Source: a virus
Lineage: Duplodnaviria; Caudoviricetes
Strand: one strand, 5' to 3'
Length of the DNA stretch: 35,133 nucleotides
IMG/VR virus record: IMGVR_UViG_3300027571_000834
Location: 1-35,133 of that record
Part shown: positions 17,715-27,095 of the stretch, in pieces
Layout: each line of letters begins with the position of its first letter
Numbering within the stretch: the stretch's first letter is position 1
The notes under the pieces: generated by a model
The model's database searches: none
What the model saw: the letters and a program-made list of their open reading frames with translations, nothing else
What the model was told of the DNA's origin: nothing
Program-made: the position numbers and the translations under genes

Positions 17715-18281
17715 ATGGCACGCAAAATTAAAATGAAGCACGTAAAGGATGGGATTGAGTTCACCGGCCCTGTATACAAAGATGGTGAATTAGTTGTAGG
17801 AGGTACATATAATTCACTTAGACTAGGCGATGGCATAACAGCAGGCGGTAATCCGGTGTCGGCTGGAACGTTAGTTGAAGAGTTTCAACAAGTCGTAACA
17901 AATGCGTCAGCAGGATATACACCCGGCGATATGTATGGAACAGGATCTCCACAAGAAATTGAAGTCTATCGTGGCGATAATATGTTAGCAGATAAAACGG
18001 GCGGAGATACGACTAAAGGTTTTGACGAAGACTTGATGACAGACAAAAATATTATGTTAAGAAGAGCCACTGGTGGTACTGGTGCGATTGATCTTCCTAG
18101 ATGGGGTTTTGGTCCAGGAGTCAAAACTTTATATCTGTATACAATTGAAAGCGAAGAAGATATTGTAGTACATTATTATCGAGGTGCTACAGCAAAGTCG
18201 ATCACAGTTACATATGAACAACCAGTAATGTTTAAATGTTTTGACACTGCAACTTGGACAGCATTCCAATCAGTAGCATAG
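17715..18281 (+). CDS. Putative virion fibre-associated protein
   Basis: GELVV....LRLGDG.TAGG resembles fibre N-terminal (Mtd_N-like) motif; TAAATA at 17668-17673; GGAG RBS. Confidence 0.5.
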   Translation: MARKIKMKHVKDGIEFTGPVYKDGELVVGGTYNSLRLGDGITAGGNPVSAGTLVEEFQQVVTNASAGYTPGDMYGTGSPQEIEVYRGDNMLADKTGGDTTKGFDEDLMTDKNIMLRRATGGTGAIDLPRWGFGPGVKTLYLYTIESEEDIVVHYYRGATAKSITVTYEQPVMFKCFDTATWTAFQSVA

Positions 18282-18309
18282 AAGTTAATATAACATAATA
18301 AACTAAATT

Positions 18310-18333
18310 AAGAGTCCTAAGGACTCTTTTTTT
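18310..18333 (+). terminator. Intrinsic terminator
   Basis: AAGAGTCC-TAA-GGACTCTT-TTTTT. Confidence 0.85.
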
Positions 18334-18377
18334 ATGACTAAATAATGTTAGTATATAACAGGGCAAGGGGCAAAACA

Positions 18378-18644
18378 ATGGCAGATATAAATCAAACAGT
18401 GGAGATGCCTACTAGCGAGGACGATTTTCCAGAAGCAGATATTATTATCGAAGATGGAGCGTTTGACGGGTTCGAAGGTAAGACAATAAACATTACTGAA
18501 AACGTAGAAAGTCAAGGCGATGTACAAGCAGGTATAGAATTTATCTATCATATGCGAGAACATATTGTAGATGTAACAGTAGCCACAGCATATCTATTAG
18601 TAGTATATGCAATCTATATGTGGATTAAAAAGAAACTAAGTTAA
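18378..18644 (+). CDS. Small acidic protein with C-terminal TM helix
   Basis: Likely start ATG18378 after AGGGG; VTVATAYLLVVYAIYMWI-KKK. Confidence 0.7.
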   Translation: MADINQTVEMPTSEDDFPEADIIIEDGAFDGFEGKTINITENVESQGDVQAGIEFIYHMREHIVDVTVATAYLLVVYAIYMWIKKKLS

Positions 18645-18656
18645 GAGGGAAACACA

Positions 18657-19145
18657 ATGCAAAAGAATGAGTATGACGTAAAAGTCATTAAAGTAGTAGA
18701 CGGTGACACAGTAGACGTAGATATCGATCTAGGTTTTGGTGTAACACTAACAGACGAGCGTGTTCGTATTATGGGCATTGATACGCCTGAGTCACGCACA
18801 AGAGATAAAGTAGAAGACTTGTTTGGCGAAGCGGCCAAAGCAAGACTAAAAGAACTTATGGAAGATGGCGGTAAACTTATTACTACTGAAGACCGTAAGG
18901 GGGAAGATATGAAAGGCAAGTTCGGACGTGTTCTTGGAGACTTCAAAGTAGAGCGTTATGAAAATGGTCCAGCAGAACTTGTAACAGATATCCTTATTGA
19001 AGAAGGACATGCTGTAGCATATTTTGGCGGTAGTAAAGAAGAAATTGCTGCAAAGCATCTAGTTAATAGAACTAAATTACTACGTGAAGGCGTCATTAAA
19101 CAAGAAGACTATGATGCCGCAGTTGCGTTAATGGAAGATAAATAA
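18657..19145 (+). CDS. Thermonuclease (SNase-like) family protein
   Basis: VIKVVDGDTVD, RVRIMGIDTPE, KGKFGRVLG. Confidence 0.9.
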   Translation: MQKNEYDVKVIKVVDGDTVDVDIDLGFGVTLTDERVRIMGIDTPESRTRDKVEDLFGEAAKARLKELMEDGGKLITTEDRKGEDMKGKFGRVLGDFKVERYENGPAELVTDILIEEGHAVAYFGGSKEEIAAKHLVNRTKLLREGVIKQEDYDAAVALMEDK

Positions 19146-19166
19146 CACTAGCAGAAGGAGATAACA

Positions 19167-19559
19167 ATGGCAGCAGTAACAAGAGTAAACGGATCAGGAC
19201 TATTCACAGCCGGAAATGTTTTTAGCAATGGTCACGTATTCGCTTACAAAATTTTAGTTAAAATTGCAAACGGTACAGCAGTTGATCTGAGAGCAGAAGA
19301 TGATGCTATTGACGAAGTAGTAGAAGCAATTTGCAGAGAAATTAATCCTTTAATTTATCATACTACTGACGATGCCAGTGGTACAATGACTGTAGTATGT
19401 GATACATTTGATCACTTAGGCTTACAACATAGAATTAGAACAATAGGTGGCGATTGGACTAGATCTACCAATGCATACGCTGTTTCAGCAGTTGGACCAA
19501 ATAACATTGATACAAGCGGTACACTAGTAACAGCGTCCGCAACTCTTGTAGCAACTTAA
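19167..19559 (+). CDS. Putative virion structural protein
   Basis: TAAATA at 19139-19144; AAGGAG RBS; MAAVTRVNG N-terminus like the 5215 protein. Confidence 0.6.
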   Translation: MAAVTRVNGSGLFTAGNVFSNGHVFAYKILVKIANGTAVDLRAEDDAIDEVVEAICREINPLIYHTTDDASGTMTVVCDTFDHLGLQHRIRTIGGDWTRSTNAYAVSAVGPNNIDTSGTLVTASATLVAT

Positions 19560-19571
19560 TACTATAAAAGG

Positions 19572-19600
19572 TTGACATAGAGTCTATTCCGTGCTATAGT
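19572..19600 (+). promoter_or_regulatory. sigma70-like promoter with extended -10
   Basis: TTGACA(19572-19577)-17 bp-TATAGT(19595-19600), TG at 19592-19593. Confidence 0.8.
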
Positions 19601-19631
19601 ATTACTATAATATAGGCACGGAGTAGGCAAA

Positions 19632-20084
19632 ATGACAATGCATCTAGCGAGAGGTCTTAGTACCATCAGTACTAAGAAGCGTAAGAAAAAAGCTCTCACA
19701 CAAAAAGATATCGAACGATATACTATCGAATGGCGTAAGCACAACAAAGCAATGCGTCGAGCAAACAATCACTCATTACAGTACAACACAGTAGAAGACT
19801 ACATTTCGTATGTCCGAGGTGAGTACAAAGCACTTGTAAAAAGTAGGGGTACATATACTCCTGACACAAGCTGGCGCAGAAATGACCCAAAGATTCCTTC
19901 AGCAATGGAAGAAGCAATCAAAGCAGGTACTTTCAATAGAGGTTGTTCCGGCGGCACTAAGAAAGAAACACCTAAGTACACAGGTGATCTTATTGTAGGC
20001 ATTGCTACAATGCATAAATCAAATGCTGTTCCTGTTATGCGTGGGACAGATCAAGCAAAAGAAATTGCAAGGATGGCAAAATGA
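19632..20084 (+). CDS. Basic hypothetical phage protein
   Basis: GGAG RBS; C-terminal YTG..I.GIATMHKSNAVPV motif recalled from T4-like phage hypotheticals. Confidence 0.75.
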   Translation: MTMHLARGLSTISTKKRKKKALTQKDIERYTIEWRKHNKAMRRANNHSLQYNTVEDYISYVRGEYKALVKSRGTYTPDTSWRRNDPKIPSAMEEAIKAGTFNRGCSGGTKKETPKYTGDLIVGIATMHKSNAVPVMRGTDQAKEIARMAK

Positions 20085-20638
20085 AGTTAGTATATGTATG
20101 TTTTATCCTGTTGTTCGGAACAATGGCACAAGGATCTACGTTTCAACAACCAATAGAAGGCGAAGTGTTTTCGCAAGTAGAAGAACCCGAACTGTATTGT
20201 TTAGCAATAAACATCTATCACGAAGCAAGAGCAGATCATATTGCAGGACAATATGCTGTTGCAGATGTAGTTCTTAATCGTGTACAAGATACACGCTATC
20301 CTAATACTATTTGTGAAGTAGTAAAACAAGGTCCAGTAAGAGAGAGTTGGAAGACCAAACAGTATTCTAATCTAAACGATGAAGAACGCATATACAATCC
20401 TATTCGACACAAGTGTCAGTTTAGTTGGTGGTGTGATGGTCGTAGTGATGCAACACATGACCTAGACAGTTGGATGCGAGCTCAAGAGATAGCACAGCGT
20501 CTTGTATATCTAGGAAAGTATAGAGGCATTACAGAAGGTTCTACACACTATCATGCAACATATGTTTCCCCAAGATGGATTAGCGATTTAGATCAAGTTG
20601 GGCGTATAGGACAACACATTTTTTACCGCTGGCCATAA
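20081..20638 (+). CDS. Cell wall hydrolase, SleB/Hydrolase_2 family, with signal peptide
   Basis: CLAINIYHEAR, AVADVVLNRV, PNTICEVV, CQFSW, GSTHYHA, IGQHIFY. Confidence 0.92.
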   Translation: MKLVYVCFILLFGTMAQGSTFQQPIEGEVFSQVEEPELYCLAINIYHEARADHIAGQYAVADVVLNRVQDTRYPNTICEVVKQGPVRESWKTKQYSNLNDEERIYNPIRHKCQFSWWCDGRSDATHDLDSWMRAQEIAQRLVYLGKYRGITEGSTHYHATYVSPRWISDLDQVGRIGQHIFYRWP

Positions 20639-20644
20639 AAGTGG

Positions 20645-20673
20645 TTGACAAAACTTTTTAATGATTATATAAT
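20645..20673 (+). promoter_or_regulatory. Perfect-consensus sigma70 promoter
   Basis: TTGACA(20645-20650)-17 bp-TATAAT(20668-20673). Confidence 0.9.
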
Positions 20674-20706
20674 ATAAACTTAATGAATAGGCTAATGGAG
20701 GCTCAA

Positions 20707-21198
20707 ATGAAGAATATGTTAAAAGCAACAACTATTGCTGGTGTCATGTTGACACTTGGAGCATGTAGTTCAATGACAACAATCGCAGAACGTGACGAAT
20801 ACGCACAACCTAAGTGGTATGCAAATTGCGCTCAATCAGGTGCAGAAGGATACTTCTGGTGGAAAGAACAATATGCATATGCATGTGGTGCTGGTGAATC
20901 AAAACATCAACAAGCCGCTGAAGAACAGATGTATGCAATTGCAATGAATAACTTCGCAAAACGTATTAACGGTAGAGTGAATAGCGAAACTAACTTATCC
21001 TTTGTGAATGATGTAAAACAGACTAATACTAGAATTGGCTACAAAGTTAAAGACACAGCTATTGTTCAGCATCTTGAAGAAGAGCGTTCAACTTATGTAT
21101 ACAACGGCAAACAGTATACATTTGTAAAACTTAAAATGCCAAAGACTGTATTTGACCAACTGTTATTACAAAACACAGTAGCTACAGTAAATGATTAG
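20707..21198 (+). CDS. Lipoprotein, LPP20-like
   Basis: GGAGG RBS before ATG20707; lipobox LGAC; PKWY; Y.CG.G.S. Confidence 0.7.
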   Translation: MKNMLKATTIAGVMLTLGACSSMTTIAERDEYAQPKWYANCAQSGAEGYFWWKEQYAYACGAGESKHQQAAEEQMYAIAMNNFAKRINGRVNSETNLSFVNDVKQTNTRIGYKVKDTAIVQHLEEERSTYVYNGKQYTFVKLKMPKTVFDQLLLQNTVATVND

Positions 21199-21517
21199 GT
21201 TTATACTATTACTTGGAGTAGTTGCAATGCTAGGAGCATGCACTACTTCACAGCACTACGACTATACTCCACAGTACTGTTACACAGATCAAGTGATCGA
21301 ACGTACAAACGATATAGTTAATAGTGAAACTAAGTTAGAATGTACAGATAGACCAGGACAACAAGTTGCAACTCAACGTGCAGGAATTGACAAAGGTTGC
21401 AAAGAGTTTTGGTATACTGAAAACAGACGTGGTAACCTAATTCAACAGCGAGGAGTATATTGTGAGAAGCTCGATGGTAGTACTGAAATCATTAATATCG
21501 ACGGCAATAATAGTTAG
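21191..21517 (+). CDS. Lipoprotein, Cys-containing
   Basis: Lipobox LGAC after a hydrophobic stretch; four further Cys. Confidence 0.75.
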   Translation: MIRFILLLGVVAMLGACTTSQHYDYTPQYCYTDQVIERTNDIVNSETKLECTDRPGQQVATQRAGIDKGCKEFWYTENRRGNLIQQRGVYCEKLDGSTEIINIDGNNS

Positions 21518-21902
21518 CATATCAGCTTGCTCTTCTACTCCGTATCAAACTAGAGCTGTCGACGTTCCGGCTGTAAAAAGTCCAACTGGCGGCGCAAGTC
21601 TAATGGTAGATGTTATGCAAGGCATATATCTAACTAGCAAATACGGACTAGACACTCAGCAAAAACAAAAACAAACAGGTGCATTTTATACAGCACTTGA
21701 AAGCGACTATGGCAAAGTTATTAGTTGGTATGAACGTGATGCAAAAGGACATGTAAAAGCTGTCCACGGATACCCACAAGGAAGTGGATTTTGTAGAGTA
21801 ATTTATAGTTTAGTAACTGTAAAAGGACGTTCTAGACACTTCGAAGAAACAGTATGTAAGAAGCACTACGAAGATACCAGGTGGCATTTTGTCCGGAAAT
21901 AA
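21462..21902 (+). CDS. Lipoprotein, 17-kDa surface-antigen-like C-terminal domain
   Basis: ISAC lipobox; ALE...G....W; CR.......V.G.......VC......W pattern. Start uncertain (GTG21462 or ATG21474). Confidence 0.65.
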   Translation: MRSSMVVLKSLISTAIIVSISACSSTPYQTRAVDVPAVKSPTGGASLMVDVMQGIYLTSKYGLDTQQKQKQTGAFYTALESDYGKVISWYERDAKGHVKAVHGYPQGSGFCRVIYSLVTVKGRSRHFEETVCKKHYEDTRWHFVRK

Positions 21903-21927
21903 CGATAAATACATTGAGGGAAACACA

Positions 21928-23601
21928 ATGTTACTAGGTATATTAACTTTAATTACGGCCCTTTGTATATCGGCCGTAGCAATATATTATTCTGTTGCAG
22001 GACTTGTAGCAATCTTTGCCGCCGCGGCTGTACCTATTATGATTATGGGTGGAGTACTTGAAGTCGGCAAACTAGTAACGGCTGTCTGGCTACACAAACA
22101 TTGGAAACAGGCTGCATGGTGGTTACGAACTTATCTCGCCTCTGCGGTGTTCGTTCTTATGCTTATAACAAGTATGGGTATATTTGGGTTTCTAAGTAAA
22201 GCACACATCGAACAAACTAGTGCAGGTGAAGAAAGTTTTGCACAAATAGAACGTATTGATGAAGAAATTGCTAGACAGATTGGAATTGTTGGACGAGCAG
22301 AAAACAAAGTAAGAGAATTAGAATCAAGCACATTCAACAACGACACACAAATACAAGAACAAATTGACAAAGAACAAGAGCGTATAGACACAGCATACGA
22401 CCGTGTTCAACCTGCGATTGACGAGCAAAATGTTATTATTGCTAACGTCACAAAATTATTCCAAACTGAGTTAGATAAAATAGATGCAGAAATTAAAACC
22501 CTTCAAGGTTATGTAGATAATGGCGAAGTTAAAAAAGCTCAACAAACAATCGGCGCAAGTGCAGATGGAGTGTTTGGTAAAAAGACAGCAGAAAAAATTG
22601 GCGACTGGAAAGAAGCAAAGCAGGCAGAACGTGCAGACTGGTTAGTTAAGATACAAGACTCTGCAAACTCGCCTACAGTAGTAGCGTCACGTAAAGAGAT
22701 AACAAGATTAAGAAGTGTTGCTGACGATAATATTGCACAGTCTAATACACTTATCAATAGACTAAGAAGCAAGTTAGGCACAGACGATATTAACCTTGAC
22801 GAATTGTTAGATGAACAGTTTGATAGAGTAAGAACAGCAAACACAGAAATAGAAACACTAACTGATGAAAAGTTTGAACTTGAATCAGAGTATAGAAAAC
22901 TAGAAGCAGAAGTAGGACCAATCAAATATATTGCTGAGTTTGTATATGGTGAACAAGCAGACCGTAATATGTTAGAAGAGGCTGTACGTTGGGTAATTAT
23001 AATAATTATTTTTGTATTTGATCCTCTTGCTGTACTATTGCTAATTGCAAGTCAATATACATTTGAATGGAATAAAAAACGTAAGCCTGAGCCTGAGCTT
23101 GACGACAATGAATGGCAAGACTACGAGCGTATGAGAGCAGATGTAATTTCTGCTAATGTTCCGCCATCATTTGAGCCAGAGCCAGAGCCTGAAGAAGAAC
23201 TTAAATTTGAGGATGTCGATCAAGAAATACTAGACAAAGAATTTGAAGACGAAGAACCTGAAGTTAATGAAAAGCAATACCCAGATACTAAAAATGCTTT
23301 TTTCTTTGCAGAGGAAATAGAGCAAATCAAAAAAAAAGACGTGAGACTTAAAGCCGAGTCAAACGAAACTCCCCAACAAAAACAAAGACGCGAACACGTA
23401 GATATATTAGAAGCAGATGCTTCGATAGCCGAGCGTAAAAGACAATGGAAGAATGACAATCCAAATGAGAACCTTAAGAGTTGGAAAACCTTATATATAC
23501 AAGGTAGGATTGACAAATTACCGTGGGTACCAGATGAAGAAGGGTATGTACAGAACAGCGAACAATCCGATGATACATTATGGAAACGGTTGAAAAAATA
23601 A
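21928..23601 (+). CDS. Membrane-anchored long coiled-coil protein with embedded peptidoglycan-binding-like motif
   Basis: Three N-terminal TM helices; coiled coil; VKKAQQTIG..ADGVFGKKT; late TM IIIIIFVFDPLAVLLLIA; acidic tail. TAAATA at 21906-21911 and GAGGG RBS before ATG21928. Confidence 0.75.
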   Translation: MLLGILTLITALCISAVAIYYSVAGLVAIFAAAAVPIMIMGGVLEVGKLVTAVWLHKHWKQAAWWLRTYLASAVFVLMLITSMGIFGFLSKAHIEQTSAGEESFAQIERIDEEIARQIGIVGRAENKVRELESSTFNNDTQIQEQIDKEQERIDTAYDRVQPAIDEQNVIIANVTKLFQTELDKIDAEIKTLQGYVDNGEVKKAQQTIGASADGVFGKKTAEKIGDWKEAKQAERADWLVKIQDSANSPTVVASRKEITRLRSVADDNIAQSNTLINRLRSKLGTDDINLDELLDEQFDRVRTANTEIETLTDEKFELESEYRKLEAEVGPIKYIAEFVYGEQADRNMLEEAVRWVIIIIIFVFDPLAVLLLIASQYTFEWNKKRKPEPELDDNEWQDYERMRADVISANVPPSFEPEPEPEEELKFEDVDQEILDKEFEDEEPEVNEKQYPDTKNAFFFAEEIEQIKKKDVRLKAESNETPQQKQRREHVDILEADASIAERKRQWKNDNPNENLKSWKTLYIQGRIDKLPWVPDEEGYVQNSEQSDDTLWKRLKK

Positions 23602-23604
23602 TAC

Positions 23605-23988
23605 ATGCCTCAAATTAAAGTAATTACTCCACCGGATATATTACACAATAGCGATCCTAGTATACTATTAATATATCCAAGTGTTGCTCTTAAAGAAGAG
23701 TTTCAAAGAACTGTACAAGATTGGGATCTTTCTTTTAACCTGTACATCTACTCACCACAAGCTAACGACCATAATTTAGATTGGTTACTGTCGTTAGTTA
23801 AAATATGTAACAAAACCATTATAGATTTAGACCAGTGTGATTCACAAGTACGTGACTTAGCGTCATATATTATTTCACAAAGTAACACTTTGTGGTTGAC
23901 AAATGCGGTAGAAACAGTGTATAATAAATTAAGTATTAATCGAATATACGATTTACAACAACTAAAGGAAGGAGTACTTAGTGCCTAG
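23605..23988 (+). CDS. Hypothetical phage protein
   Basis: ORF packed between neighbours; ITPPD N-terminal motif. Confidence 0.7.
   Translation: MPQIKVITPPDILHNSDPSILLIYPSVALKEEFQRTVQDWDLSFNLYIYSPQANDHNLDWLLSLVKICNKTIIDLDQCDSQVRDLASYIISQSNTLWLTNAVETVYNKLSINRIYDLQQLKEGVLSA
23896..23925 (+). promoter_or_regulatory. sigma70 promoter inside the upstream CDS, driving bS21
   Basis: TTGACA(23896-23901)-18 bp-TATAAT(23920-23925). Confidence 0.75.
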
Positions 23989-24265
23989 AAATAATAACTT
24001 TACCAAAAACTTTAATAGCGGTAAACGCTTCAACAGCGAAGCCAAAGAACAACCTAAGGGTTTATCTGTAGAAGTGCGTAACAACGATGTAACAAAAGCT
24101 CTTAGAATTTTTAAGAAGAAAGTACAAGAAGCTGGTATATTACAAGAAGTACGTGAACGTGAGTTTTACGAGAAGCCCTGTGAAAAACGGAATCGTAAAA
24201 AGAAAGCGGCTGTCAACAGACACAAGAAAAACCTAGCTAAGAGAAAATCAGACTTAGGATTCTAA
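23981..24265 (+). CDS. rpsU: Ribosomal protein bS21 with N-terminal extension
   Basis: VEVRNNDVTKALRIFKKKV..AG.L.E.R.REFYEKP...R.RKK.AA..R; AAGGAG RBS, GTG start. Confidence 0.9.
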   Translation: MPRNNNFTKNFNSGKRFNSEAKEQPKGLSVEVRNNDVTKALRIFKKKVQEAGILQEVREREFYEKPCEKRNRKKKAAVNRHKKNLAKRKSDLGF

Positions 24266-24266
24266 A

Positions 24267-24845
24267 ATGGCAATGCACACAGAGTTGTGGTTTCCAAGCG
24301 TAGTTTGGAGCTCAATGATTCACAGCGGCAAGAATGACGAACTTAAAAAGTTTGCATACGAACTAAAGAACAATACACCGTCACGAGTAATTAGTAATTA
24401 TGGCGGCTATCAAAGTCCTGACATTAAAGCAGGAGAATGTAAAGCACTTGATAGACTAATGCAAACTATCAACGAAGAAGTAGACTTTTGTACTAACCAA
24501 GTAGGACTTAAACCTTTAGAGTTATACAACGTCTGGTTAAACATCAATCCACCCGGAGCATATAACGATCTACATAATCATGTAGGCAGTGTTCTTAGTG
24601 GCGTGTATTATATAGATGCAGATCCTTCACAAGGCAATATACAATTTGAACGTAGTGACAATGCTGATTACCATATGCCTATAGAAGTAGAGAAGCCTAC
24701 ATACTTTACAAGTACACGAGCAAGTTATGCATCAAAAACAAACGCACTGTATATTTTTCCTAGTTGGTTAAAGCACAGTGTACAAGGCAATACATCAAGA
24801 CGTGACAGGTTATCAATTAGTTTTAATTACGGAGAAAAACAGTGA
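24267..24845 (+). CDS. 2OG-Fe(II) oxygenase (TIGR02466-like)
   Basis: [42 protein letters not shown]. Confidence 0.88.
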   Translation: MAMHTELWFPSVVWSSMIHSGKNDELKKFAYELKNNTPSRVISNYGGYQSPDIKAGECKALDRLMQTINEEVDFCTNQVGLKPLELYNVWLNINPPGAYNDLHNHVGSVLSGVYYIDADPSQGNIQFERSDNADYHMPIEVEKPTYFTSTRASYASKTNALYIFPSWLKHSVQGNTSRRDRLSISFNYGEKQ

Positions 24846-25966
24846 GGATTGAAGAAGATATGAAGCTGGACTATAAGGATGTTTTAATTCGTCCTAAGCG
24901 TAGTACATTACGTAGTCGTTTGCAAGTTAAACTAGACCGTAAGTTTACATTTAGACACAGCAAGTCTGATTACGAAGGTGTACCTATTATGGCAAGTAAC
25001 ATGGACGGTGTTGGTACATTTGAAATGGCAGATAAACTTGCAGAAGGCAGAATCTTTACTTGCTTAGTAAAGACATATAGTGCAGATGAACTAATAGAGT
25101 ACTTTGACAATGACATGCCAGAGCGTACAGCTAATGTTGCTATGAGTATTGGCACAAGTGATGATGACTGGTGCAAACTTGAAATAGTTTATGCAATAGT
25201 TAAAGACAAATTAAAATACGTATGTATGGACATTGCAAATGGTTACTCAGATCACTTTGCGGCAAGAGTTCGTAAGGTACGTGAAGCATTTCCAGACTTG
25301 GTAATCATTGCAGGAAATGTTGTAACAAGAGAAATGACAGAGGAGTTAATTTTAAGTGGAGCAGATATTGTTAAAGTGGGCATCGGTCCTGGGAGCGTTT
25401 GCACGACTCGTATTCAAACTGGTGTTGGTTATCCTCAGCTTAGTGCTGTTATTGAGTGTGCTGATGCTGCTCATGGTCTTGGCGGACATATCATCGCTGA
25501 TGGCGGATGTAGTACTCCTGGAGACGTTGCTAAGGCATTCGCTGGAGGAGCAGACTTCGTTATGCTTGGAGGCATGCTTGCTGGACATGACGAAGGTGGC
25601 GGCAAGGTAATTACCAGGTACTATCAAACAAATGAACTTATACGTGAAGATGTCGGCGACCAAACAAAAGAAACATGCCGAGTTGAAGAAAAACAGTTTG
25701 TACAATTCTACGGAATGAGTAGTGCTAGTGCAAACAACAAACATTTTGGTGGATTGAAAGATTATCGTTCGTCAGAAGGACGCACAGTGTTAGTGCCTTA
25801 TAGAGGAGAAGTTGCCCGAACGGTGCAAGAGATCCTTGGAGGTGTGCGTAGTACATGTACCTATGCAGGTGCAATGAAACTAAAACAACTAGCAAAATGT
25901 ACAACGTTCGTTCGTTGTACGCAAACTCATAATTCAGTTTATGAGTCTGCAACCATAGGAAAATAA
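24842..25966 (+). CDS. guaC: GMP reductase
   Basis: [62 protein letters not shown]; no CBS domains. Confidence 0.95.
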   Translation: MRIEEDMKLDYKDVLIRPKRSTLRSRLQVKLDRKFTFRHSKSDYEGVPIMASNMDGVGTFEMADKLAEGRIFTCLVKTYSADELIEYFDNDMPERTANVAMSIGTSDDDWCKLEIVYAIVKDKLKYVCMDIANGYSDHFAARVRKVREAFPDLVIIAGNVVTREMTEELILSGADIVKVGIGPGSVCTTRIQTGVGYPQLSAVIECADAAHGLGGHIIADGGCSTPGDVAKAFAGGADFVMLGGMLAGHDEGGGKVITRYYQTNELIREDVGDQTKETCRVEEKQFVQFYGMSSASANNKHFGGLKDYRSSEGRTVLVPYRGEVARTVQEILGGVRSTCTYAGAMKLKQLAKCTTFVRCTQTHNSVYESATIGK

Positions 25967-25981
25967 ACACAGGAGATAAAA

Positions 25982-27037
25982 ATGACCTTGGAAAACTTAC
26001 ACTTGCTGTACAAGGGGCAAGAATACCTACTGTTTATTGCGTTCATCATGATGGTTGCTGGTTTGATAAAACAACACAATTTGTTTGCAGGCGCTTATGC
26101 TTACATACAAAAAGTGTTTAAATCAAAGCGTGTAATTGTAGCACTGATGAGTGCATTTACGGGTATTCTCCCTATATCCGGCCGTGTGACAGTATCGGCT
26201 GGTATGTTAGACACTATCGCTCCTCCGAAAGGATCAAAAGGACGAGAGAAGTTTGGCATAATTGATTATCTGTCAACACACCATTACTATGTGTGGTCAC
26301 CATTGGAAAAGACTATTCTTATACCAATGGCTGCATTCAGTATTACATACGGTGCTGTAGTATATTCATTACTACCACTGTTGATTGTTTCTTTAGGATT
26401 GGTGTTTGGGTATATTATGTTTTTTGTCAAAGAAGATGACATTGAACTTAACATACAAAAACAACATTTTAAAGTTTCTAATGTTTTAAGAAACGTAGTA
26501 CCTTTCTTATTTGCTATCGCACTAGCACTAAAACCAGTAGCGGGCTTAGACCCTTGGTTAGTGTTTGGCGGGCTGTTGTTCTACTACATGGTATTAACTA
26601 TGACGTGGGACTACAAAAGGTTACTAGGCTTTGTAGACTTTAAACTACTTGCCTGGGTTGCTGTTATTATTATAATGGCTAACTTTACAAGAGAGTATAC
26701 AAACGATATTAAAGCGTATCTTGAAAATACAGCGTTTGACATTAACACTGTTACAGGCTTTGCTACACTAAGTGGCTTAGCGTTTGGTTCAGCATTTTTG
26801 TTTGGATCAAGTAGCAGGTTTGCTGCTATCACAACAATACTATCATTAGTGTACGGAGTAGAATACTTTGTATGGTTCTTTGCACTAGACTATTGCGGAT
26901 ACCTAGTATCACCAATGCATAAATGTATGGCAATAGGGAAGATGTATTTTGGAACACCTTGGCGTAAGTATGCAGGTGCTCTTGGAGTATGGATGCTCTT
27001 ACTAGTGGGCGCAGGTGGCGCAACACTAATAATCTAA
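25982..27037 (+). CDS. Multi-pass inner-membrane transporter (ion-transporter superfamily/DUF401-like)
   Basis: About 10 hydrophobic segments; GILPISG..VSAG; HHYYVWSPLE; GYLVSPMHKC. Confidence 0.65.
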   Translation: MTLENLHLLYKGQEYLLFIAFIMMVAGLIKQHNLFAGAYAYIQKVFKSKRVIVALMSAFTGILPISGRVTVSAGMLDTIAPPKGSKGREKFGIIDYLSTHHYYVWSPLEKTILIPMAAFSITYGAVVYSLLPLLIVSLGLVFGYIMFFVKEDDIELNIQKQHFKVSNVLRNVVPFLFAIALALKPVAGLDPWLVFGGLLFYYMVLTMTWDYKRLLGFVDFKLLAWVAVIIIMANFTREYTNDIKAYLENTAFDINTVTGFATLSGLAFGSAFLFGSSSRFAAITTILSLVYGVEYFVWFFALDYCGYLVSPMHKCMAIGKMYFGTPWRKYAGALGVWMLLLVGAGGATLII

Positions 27038-27051
27038 AACATTAAAACTAA

Positions 27052-27077
27052 TGTAGGCCTATTCAGTTGGGCCTACA
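27052..27077 (+). other. Intergenic stem-loop without U tract
   Basis: TGTAGGCCT...GGGCCTACA. Confidence 0.6.
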
Positions 27078-27095
27078 ACTACGGAGACTATTAAA

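Noticed and set aside
23084-23195. GAGCCT/GAGCCA short tandem repeats
   Set aside because: They simply encode Pro-Glu linkers in the acidic tail.
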